Positions 18,725-25,457 of a DNA stretch of 32,000 bases are shown piece by piece. A program made the translations under genes and the position numbers. Positions within the stretch are counted from its first letter, which is position 1. Every line of letters starts with the position of its first letter. The notes under the pieces were generated by a model that made no database searches, was not told where the DNA came from, and worked only from the letters and a program-made list of their open reading frames with translations. The stretch lies in contig NC_018655.1 of the NCBI RefSeq assembly GCF_000299365.1, positions 900,001-932,000 on the forward strand, in the 5' to 3' direction. The DNA is from Candidatus Nitrosopumilus koreensis AR1 (GTDB lineage: Archaea > Thermoproteota > Nitrososphaeria > Nitrososphaerales > Nitrosopumilaceae).

Positions 18725-18977
18725 CAGGAACATAAAATGTTGCAGAAATTACATCTCCAACACCTGCATCACAATCTGTTACAACAACAGAATGACCCAA
18801 AACAGACTCTCCAACACAGCCAAAATCAGTAACAGCGATGACTGACACATCCTCAGTAACTAGTGTTGGAACAATATTCCAAGGAGTGAGTGTGAAAACT
18901 AGTATTACTGAAGTTGCTGCAGCCAAAATTAGCATGAATTTTAGCCGTGGTGTTTTTTCGTGAGTTGTTTGTTGCAT
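18663..18977 (-). CDS. Small single-pass membrane/exported protein
   Basis: 104 aa, one N-terminal hydrophobic segment FMLILAAATSVILVFTL; promoter-like CTTATATTTT at 19005-19014. Confidence 0.68.
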   Translation of the reverse strand: MQQTTHEKTPRLKFMLILAAATSVILVFTLTPWNIVPTLVTEDVSVIAVTDFGCVGESVLGHSVVVTDCDAGVGDVISATFYVPAMDQNGYYDRIEDKLAMVDP

Positions 18978-19004
18978 ATCTCCTCACTCTAGTTTAGAGT
19001 TTAC

Positions 19005-19043
19005 AAAATATAAGCAAGAGGTAATTTTTTCATCTAGTGCCAA
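19005..19043 (-). promoter_or_regulatory. Putative operator pair + TATA for the gene starting at 18977
   Basis: Minus-strand reading TTGGCACTAG-N9-TTACCTCTTG-CTTATATTTT. Confidence 0.5.
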
Positions 19044-19055
19044 CTAATAAAAAAA

Positions 19056-19385
19056 TTAGATTTTACAATGGCATTTTTTTTGTTTTAAGATTCGGATTTG
19101 TTTGTTGAGAGAATCAACAAACGTATCTTGTACAGATAGTCCCGTAGCTTTTCTTTTATCAAGAGGACTATGATGCAAATATCCACGGTGAATCATCTCA
19201 GCGACTAAAGCATTATGCCTGAAATAAAGAGCTTTTAATTTTCCCTTCCAACGAATTGTTTCAGGATGCATCGAATATCCTTTTTTGTGTTCAGTTACCA
19301 CTGTCCATATTGCATGTAGTTCTCGGTGTTCACCTAACAAATGATTTTTACACAGTTTTTCTGGAGTGATGTCCCAAATTCTCAT
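19056..19385 (-). CDS. Pyrimidine-dimer DNA glycosylase, T4 endonuclease V-like
   Basis: MRIWDITPEKLCKNHLLGEHRELHAIWTVV...LKALYFRHNALVAEMIHRGYLHHSPL resembles T4 endoV [20 protein letters not shown]...RQIELIAECLKRGF. Confidence 0.8.
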   Translation of the reverse strand: MRIWDITPEKLCKNHLLGEHRELHAIWTVVTEHKKGYSMHPETIRWKGKLKALYFRHNALVAEMIHRGYLHHSPLDKRKATGLSVQDTFVDSLNKQIRILKQKKCHCKI

Positions 19386-19460
19386 TTTATCAACTCGCTA
19401 AATGATACTTGTTTACAAACAACAACTTGACCATATCCCATAATGGAAAAATAATTTTTG

Positions 19461-19499
19461 GCATATTTAATAAAAAACAAAATCCAAAACTAGTGATAA
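19461..19499 (-). promoter_or_regulatory. Putative operator + TATA for the pyrimidine-dimer glycosylase gene
   Basis: Minus-strand reading TTATCACTAG-N9-TTGTTTTTTA-TTAAATATGC (second half-site degraded). Confidence 0.42.
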
Positions 19500-19614
19500 A
19501 AAATAAAAAAGCTTTAGCTAATTTTGAAAAATTTACGCATAAAAAATTAGTTCAGTCTAATTAGTTTCATCTAATTTTCGAGTCGTTTAATAGAATCAGA
19601 AACTAAATTAGTCT

Positions 19615-19899
19615 ATGAATGCATGGAGTAAGTTTTGGAAATGGTATGAAGATAAAATTCTTGGAAGCATAATCATAATTGCAATTATTCAATTTATTCA
19701 AATCCCACATATGGTATGGAATGCAGATATTATGTTAGAAGCGGGTTTTGTCTCAAGAGTGCACCCCGTAATTGATTGGTTTTTGTACGGAGTAGATTTG
19801 ATTGAGATAATATCAATTGTCAATGTTGGCATGATCATGTTTAGCCTAATTAAAAAAAGACAGGCATCAAAAAAACGTGTAGAATTAAATCAAGTATAA
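19615..19899 (+). CDS. Small two-helix membrane protein
   Basis: 94 aa; hydrophobic segments ILGSIIIIAIIQFIQI and LIEIISIVNVGMIMFSLI; TATA-like tttaatag about 27 nt upstream. Confidence 0.65.
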   Translation: MNAWSKFWKWYEDKILGSIIIIAIIQFIQIPHMVWNADIMLEAGFVSRVHPVIDWFLYGVDLIEIISIVNVGMIMFSLIKKRQASKKRVELNQV

Positions 19900-19900
19900 A

Positions 19901-20728
19901 CTATTTTTCCTTACCTTGCCAGATGACTCTTTGTGGGAATGGTATCTCTATTCCAGCCTTATCTAGAGCAAGCTTGGCATGTTTGAGCAAAATAGGTTGT
20001 ACTTCACTCCAATCCTCACGTGGATGCCACACCAAAATGGTGATATTCACACTAGAATCAGCTAATGCTTCAATTCGGAACTCAGGTTTGGGAACTTGTA
20101 ATACAAAGGGCATGAAATCTCGAATTTCGTTTTCAATTTCACGAATTGCATGTTCTATTTTTTCGGAATATGCAATTCCAACAGTTACCTCTGCACGTCT
20201 CACAAGCGAGGAAGTCAATGTACGAATGTTGGATGTGAAAAATTTTTCGTTCGGAATTCGCATTAGAGTTCCATCAAATTTCCTCACCCGACTAGAAAAA
20301 GTAGAAATATCAACCAAAGTTCCAGAAATCCCCATATCAGGCAATTCAATAGTATCACCTTGTTTGGCAGGTTTTTCCATCAGTAAAAATATTCCAGATA
20401 TCAAGTTTGAAACCACCGATTGTGTTGCAAATCCTATAACAACTGCAAAAATTCCACCTGCAACCAATAGTCCAGATAAATCAAGTCCTGTAGAGGAGGT
20501 AAAAATCAAAAATGAGAGGATGATTATTCCATAGTAAATTAATTTACCAATATTTTTTGCAGAATCTTGAGTAAGAGATGAAGCATAATATTTGTTAAAC
20601 AAAAGACGAATGGTTCGAGCAACAATGAAACCAACTGCCATAATAATACCTCCAACAAATAATGAAAGAATTGTCAACCCACCAATAAGTTCCATTTCAG
20701 ATAGGCTATCAAAAAATTCCAAAACCAT
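19901..20728 (-). CDS. MscS-family mechanosensitive channel
   Basis: GLDLSGLLVAGGIFAVVIGFATQSVVSNLISGIFLLMEKPAKQGDTIEL is the canonical TM3/beta-domain signature. Confidence 0.93.
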   Translation of the reverse strand: MVLEFFDSLSEMELIGGLTILSLFVGGIIMAVGFIVARTIRLLFNKYYASSLTQDSAKNIGKLIYYGIIILSFLIFTSSTGLDLSGLLVAGGIFAVVIGFATQSVVSNLISGIFLLMEKPAKQGDTIELPDMGISGTLVDISTFSSRVRKFDGTLMRIPNEKFFTSNIRTLTSSLVRRAEVTVGIAYSEKIEHAIREIENEIRDFMPFVLQVPKPEFRIEALADSSVNITILVWHPREDWSEVQPILLKHAKLALDKAGIEIPFPQRVIWQGKEK

Positions 20729-21484
20729 TAGTCTAGTCCCATCTCCATATGTGTTTTAGTAGTTGTAAATTCCCAAGTGGGGGATTGAGTCCACGTAGTT
20801 TCAATCTGTTCTTTATTGACACCAATTATATCAGTACGTCCTCGTTTTTTCAAAACTGCAACCAAACCATCAAAAATTGCTTGCCTTTCATCATAATAAA
20901 TAGAATTATCGGTAATTGGAAAAATAATTTTTCCAAGAGAGTGACTCATACCTAATTCATTTTTTATCAAAATTTTCATTATGCCATTTACATAAGGGGT
21001 TGAATCTTCATGAGAGTCAACAATTTGGGTGTTAAAGTATTTACACAAGATTCCAGTGTCAGGAGATCCATACAACCCAAAACGAGAGTTAGTAGGATTA
21101 CAAGTAAACCAATCAAGGGAGTCTTTTTGATGATCAGTGATAATGAAAAGGCCAATTTCTATAGGACATTGAACAAAGACAGTGGCAGCAGAGTTTTCAG
21201 GAAGGAAAATATCCTTATCAAACTGCAAAAATACGTGTCTAGTTCTTCTTGCAGGATGGTTTAGAGGCCTTATTGGAGATATCTCAATTTTCAAAGTTTT
21301 TGAGGTTACAGGGATAATTTTTTTCAATATGTTTTCCTTCAGAGTTTACTCGGTCATAAGAGAATACCTTTGGGGAAACTTTTTCAAACTTTATTTCAGT
21401 GTCAGGAAAGATCAAAGATAAACTATCAGATATTTCATAAATACCATATTTTGAAAATCCGTCAGTATTTTGAATTTCAGTCAT
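20728..21484 (-). CDS. DUF432-like protein, split in two frames (21284-21484 and 20728-21327)
   Basis: N-terminal ORF YGIYEISDSLSLIFPDTEIKFEK...EGKHIEK continues coherently into IIPVTSKTLKIEISPIRPLNHPARRTRHVFLQFDK only after a +1 shift at an A7 run. The stop overlaps the MscS ATG (TAATG). Confidence 0.7.
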
Positions 21485-21585
21485 CTTTTCATTTTTTTAT
21501 GTCAAATCCAGAATTTATGCTCTCTTATTTAGATAGATCAGAGAATAATCTTCAAAATATTTAAAAAAAAGTAGAAAGTGATAAC

Positions 21586-22479
21586 TCACTCTAGATTTAG
21601 AGGAATATTTGCAGTGCCAAAGTTTTCATTAATTCTAAACACATATTCTTTTGAAGAATCATATTCAAACTCGGTTCCTCCATATCCAATGTTTGGCCCA
21701 AAGAGAATGTTAAATTCTCTTGCATCACCAGGATTCAGTACAATTTGCCCGCTGGTAAAGTCCATACCAGAATATTTGAATGCCTTTGAACCATCCCATA
21801 CATCATATGCACATATTTGAGGACTAGTGCAATTTAGAGCAGCGATTTCAGAACTTGTGTTTTCAGCAAGCATGCGAATTGACAACAAAGGTTGTCCAGT
21901 AGAAGTAATCTCAAATTCATTTCCATTAGAACCAATTCCAGTCCAATAATATGTGATTGGTCCTAAATCAAATTTTTGAGCATTGGATGTGTATTCATAT
22001 ATTTTGATAGCTTGTTTGAGAGGTTTTTCGCAATCTAGTCTTTTGTAGGCTTTGGCAATTTCAGCACATTTTTCAAGTTCAGCTTCTAGTGCGGCTAATT
22101 TTGAATCAACGTTTTTTGGTTCTTCAGATACTATTTGTGAGGATTCAGATGGTACTGAAATCAATCCAAATGCAATCAAATGTTGGATGCCATTAACAAA
22201 CTCACCATCAGATATGACCCCATCTGCCCACCAGCCTGCATTGTTCTTAACCCAGTCCGGTACACCTTCTGCAGATTCAGAAGACACTGCAGTAGCAGGA
22301 ACGGTAATTATTCCCTCAGAAATTAAAAATGAGATTCCCGTAAGAAATTCAGATTCAGATATGACCCCATCTGCCCACCAGCCTGCATTGTTCTTAACCC
22401 AGTCCGGTACCTCAGCATACGCATAGGTAGTCGTTGCAATCAGCATAATTGCAGTTAGTGCAGTTATCGTGGTTTTCAT
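21586..22479 (-). CDS. Secreted protein with two WVKNNAGWWADG modules
   Basis: Signal peptide MKTTITALTAIMLIATTTYAYA, then two VPDWVKNNAGWWADGVIS[ED] modules. Confidence 0.87.
   Translation of the reverse strand: MKTTITALTAIMLIATTTYAYAEVPDWVKNNAGWWADGVISESEFLTGISFLISEGIITVPATAVSSESAEGVPDWVKNNAGWWADGVISDGEFVNGIQHLIAFGLISVPSESSQIVSEEPKNVDSKLAALEAELEKCAEIAKAYKRLDCEKPLKQAIKIYEYTSNAQKFDLGPITYYWTGIGSNGNEFEITSTGQPLLSIRMLAENTSSEIAALNCTSPQICAYDVWDGSKAFKYSGMDFTSGQIVLNPGDAREFNILFGPNIGYGGTEFEYDSSKEYVFRINENFGTANIPLNLE
22209..22263 (-). repeat. Copy A of a perfect 55-bp in-frame direct repeat
   Basis: cagatatgaccccatctgcccaccagcctgcattgttcttaacccagtccggtac, identical to 22356-22410; offset 147 nt. Confidence 0.97.
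22356..22410 (-). repeat. Copy B of a perfect 55-bp in-frame direct repeat
   Basis: Identical to 22209-22263. Confidence 0.97.
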
Positions 22480-22499
22480 TAACGTAAATTTGCTTTCAT

Positions 22500-22538
22500 T
22501 GTATATAAGCTAGTGGCAAATAATTTTTCTAGTGCTAA
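22500..22538 (-). promoter_or_regulatory. Putative operator pair + TATA for the WVK-module protein gene
   Basis: Minus-strand reading TTAGCACTAG-N9-TTGCCACTAG-CTTATATACA. Confidence 0.62.
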
Positions 22539-22623
22539 ATTATGAAAGTTAAGACATTAAGACTAGTGGCAATTATGTTTCAGGTTGTTCTTCTTTAAAT
22601 TCAAACAAAATCGATTTTTTTAG

Positions 22624-23163
22624 ATGACTAAAAAAAATATTGCAAGCACATCAAGATTATCTGAGCAAGAAATCACAGAATACATCCTAGATAGATTCAA
22701 AGACGTAAAACAAGGAAAAATCAAAGACCTCGTTTCATTTCAAGCCATGAACAAATACATGATTATGGCACACAGTCAAATCGAATTAAAAATTTTGGGA
22801 AATATTGTGGCCAGTTATAAGAAAACATCATTATCAGATATAATGTCAGAATATGAAAAGCACCTAAAAATTGCTTTAGAAAAACAACCAACTACTAAAT
22901 CACATTATAATGTAATAATGCATATTTTTGGACATTTTTCAAAAAACTTTAGCCAAACAGAAAAAGAGCAATTTTTTAAATTGTTTTACAGATTTAGAGA
23001 GGGAGAAATAACCATAGGTGAAATTTTGTCTGAGATAAATCAAATTATTTTTCGATTCAACAACACATATCTTGCAAACCAAACATATTTTCTCCTATAT
23101 TCAGATCAACAGACAAGAAATTTGTTTCACATATTATCACAAATGAATCTAGAAAAAATCTGA
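22624..23163 (+). CDS. DUF1722 (YbgA C-terminal-like) protein
   Basis: AHSQIELKILGNIVA...TTKSHYNVIMHIFGHFSKNFS...YRFREGEITIGEILSEINQIIFRFNNTYLANQTYFLLYS. Confidence 0.84.
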   Translation: MTKKNIASTSRLSEQEITEYILDRFKDVKQGKIKDLVSFQAMNKYMIMAHSQIELKILGNIVASYKKTSLSDIMSEYEKHLKIALEKQPTTKSHYNVIMHIFGHFSKNFSQTEKEQFFKLFYRFREGEITIGEILSEINQIIFRFNNTYLANQTYFLLYSDQQTRNLFHILSQMNLEKI

Positions 23164-24306
23164 AAGTGGTTTTTGCCGCATTAATTTTGATATATTTCCA
23201 TGAGATAGCCATTCAGATTTACTAATACTCATTTTTTCTGAGGCTAAAATCAAAGCATGTTCAAAATCATTTGCAGTAACAGGAGTTTGTTTCATCGCTT
23301 CTCGAATACCCTCCCTTACCTGCCAAACACCTACAGGAATAGCATATTCAGGCCGAATTTCTCTTAAAATGACCACACCAGATTGAATTCCATTCTCATG
23401 AAGATACTCCAGAACTCCTAATTTTGCAGCAAAATAGGCTCCTGCGATAGCAGGAGGATGATCAATTCCCCTAGCATCTTCATAGTCAGAACCAAACCCG
23501 AGAATTCCATTAGAATACCAAGCTTCAATCATTTCATAGATCCACCTATGAGGAAATAAAACAACAGAGAAATGATTTCCAAGATGAGTATAAGAAAAAA
23601 CCTTACAAGAATCAATTAATCCATAATCCAAAACTTCATCAGCAAGAGATTTTGAAATGATGTCATCAGTGGCAGTTATACTCCATTTGGTTGGAACCAG
23701 TTTTCGTTTTTGTCCAAGCATTCCAATGCTAAAACATTTTTGAATCTTTGAAATGTCAATTCCAGAATTATACAAATTCAAAACTGCATCTTGTGCATTC
23801 AAGTCTTTATCATAAAATGTCTTTTCAATTGATCTTACAGAAGTAGTTCCAGAAAATTTTGCAGATTTTATTTCACCAATAGGTCCAAAAGGAGCACTTT
23901 CACCATCTAGAGAGATGTTAGAAGATACAGATTTTTGGAAAATTAGATCAGAGCCAGTAGGTTTTGAAGACATTGTAACTTCTTGAAGACTTTCAATGTA
24001 ACGTCCATCAGTTTTATCAATAGACATTTTTTGTGTTCCACGAACTAAATTCAATCTAAAGTTTACAATTTCTTCTAAAGATTTTCCTATCCATTTTTCA
24101 GGATTGTCAAGAAGGCTTGTATCACCATGGATTGGAGGAACCATCGGACCAACAAAGACTTTGGGATAATTGTATGATCCTACAAATACAGAAGGGGGAC
24201 TAGTTCCACTAATAGAATCAGAGGAAAATAAGTTGCCATATTTTGATAATGATTCATGCCACTTTGCCAAGATAGAACGACGAATATCCTGAGAATTAGA
24301 AGACAT
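23149..24306 (-). CDS. nreA: Archaeal NreA-like DNA repair protein with C-terminal PIP box
   Basis: PPSVFVGSYNYPKVFVGPMVPPIHGDTSLLDNPEKW; C-terminal QKPLSDFF fits QxxLxxFF. Confidence 0.87.
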   Translation of the reverse strand: MSSNSQDIRRSILAKWHESLSKYGNLFSSDSISGTSPPSVFVGSYNYPKVFVGPMVPPIHGDTSLLDNPEKWIGKSLEEIVNFRLNLVRGTQKMSIDKTDGRYIESLQEVTMSSKPTGSDLIFQKSVSSNISLDGESAPFGPIGEIKSAKFSGTTSVRSIEKTFYDKDLNAQDAVLNLYNSGIDISKIQKCFSIGMLGQKRKLVPTKWSITATDDIISKSLADEVLDYGLIDSCKVFSYTHLGNHFSVVLFPHRWIYEMIEAWYSNGILGFGSDYEDARGIDHPPAIAGAYFAAKLGVLEYLHENGIQSGVVILREIRPEYAIPVGVWQVREGIREAMKQTPVTANDFEHALILASEKMSISKSEWLSHGNISKLMRQKPLSDFF

Positions 24307-24375
24307 TGAAATTGGTGCTCAATCTGTGCCTAATAACTTGACTAATGATGTTAGTTGACGGAAGGTTAACACCGT

Positions 24376-24477
24376 TTATTCGGGATCTTCAGACTCTCTT
24401 TCACGTCCACATTGAGGACAAACAGTTTGGTTTTGCCATAACTCCTTACCACAATTCCTACAAGACTGAGGTTTCAT
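24376..24477 (-). CDS. 33-aa zinc-ribbon protein
   Basis: Manual translation: MKPQSCRNCGKELWQNQTVCPQCGRERESEDPE*; two CxxC knuckles, co-oriented and upstream of nreA. Confidence 0.65.
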   Translation of the reverse strand: MKPQSCRNCGKELWQNQTVCPQCGRERESEDPE

Positions 24478-24530
24478 ATAGAAGATACAACAAGATTGAA
24501 TTTAAAAACTTCTACATATCTAAAAAGTTG

Positions 24531-25454
24531 ATGGCAATAAATAGAATAGTTTCTTTCTTGCCTAGTGCAACAGAGTTACTATATGAGTTTGGGGTTCAAG
24601 ATAAACTGTTTGGAGTCACACATGAATGTAAATTTCCACATGAAGCTATTTTCAAACCACAAATAATTGACACTGTAATAGATTCTGAAAAACTATCCAG
24701 TGATGAAATCAACACACAAACATGTCAATTACTAAAAAATGGAAAAGATATTTTTGTGTTAAATGAAAAAAATCTGCTAAAAGCAAATCCAGACATGATT
24801 ATTTCACAAGAAACTTGCGAAGTTTGTGCAGCATATAATAACCAAGTAAACAAAGCATTGCAGATTCTCGAAAACAAGCCCATAATCTACTCAATGGATC
24901 CACACAACATACAAGAAATCATAGAATCAGTTACAAAGTTAGGGATGATTTTAGAAAAGGAATCTAGAGCAAAAGAGATTACAGATTTACTTGAAAAAAG
25001 AATTTTGAGTATAAAAAATAAACAAACTAAAAACAAACCACGAGTACTTGCAATTGAGTGGTTAGAACCATTTTTTACCGCAGGTCATTGGGTTCCAGAA
25101 ATGGTCCAAATTGCAGGAGGGGTGAATCTAATAAGCAAGACAGGTGAACATTCAAGACGTATGGAATTTCAAGAGATATTAGATTCAGACCCAGACATTA
25201 TTGTTTTAATGCCATGTGGGTTTGATGTAAAACGTACAATTTCTGAGTTTGAAATCATGTTGAGAGAGAACAAAGCATGGAATAGTCTCAGAGCAGTAAA
25301 AAACAAAAGAGTTTTTGCAGTAGATGCAAATTCATTTTTTAGCAAACCCAGTATCAGAACAATTGAGGGGGTTGAGATATTAGCAAAAATTTTTCATCCA
25401 GAAATATACGATGATGTAAAAATTCCAAAAACATTCCAAAATATCAAAATTTGA
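24531..25454 (+). CDS. BtuF-like cobalamin/metal-chelate-binding protein without obvious signal peptide
   Basis: Start reassigned to MAINRIVSFLPSATELLYEFG; RVLAIEWLEPFFTAGHWVPEMVQIAGG. Track start 24345 adds a non-homologous leader antisense to the zinc-ribbon ORF. Confidence 0.85.
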   Translation: MAINRIVSFLPSATELLYEFGVQDKLFGVTHECKFPHEAIFKPQIIDTVIDSEKLSSDEINTQTCQLLKNGKDIFVLNEKNLLKANPDMIISQETCEVCAAYNNQVNKALQILENKPIIYSMDPHNIQEIIESVTKLGMILEKESRAKEITDLLEKRILSIKNKQTKNKPRVLAIEWLEPFFTAGHWVPEMVQIAGGVNLISKTGEHSRRMEFQEILDSDPDIIVLMPCGFDVKRTISEFEIMLRENKAWNSLRAVKNKRVFAVDANSFFSKPSIRTIEGVEILAKIFHPEIYDDVKIPKTFQNIKI

Positions 25455-25457
25455 TTA

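Noticed and set aside
18987-18999. Short perfect inverted repeat CTCTA-GTT-TAGAG
   Set aside because: Five-base arms in AT-rich DNA are expected by chance; kept only as a possible part of the 18977 gene promoter.
21556-21584. TTATCACTTT-like sequence upstream of the DUF432-like gene
   Set aside because: Matches only 8 of 10 bases of the operator-like motif and does not have the 29-bp spacing to a TATA-like element.
22052-22426. 124-aa plus-strand ORF with internal repeats (SDMTPSAHQPALFLTQSGT)
   Set aside because: It is the antisense reading of the duplicated WVKNNAGWWADG modules, so the repeat is explained by the minus-strand gene.
24345-24530. N-terminal 62-aa extension of the BtuF-like ORF
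   Set aside because: Non-homologous leader, antisense to the better-supported 33-aa zinc ribbon; family similarity begins at the ATG at 24531.
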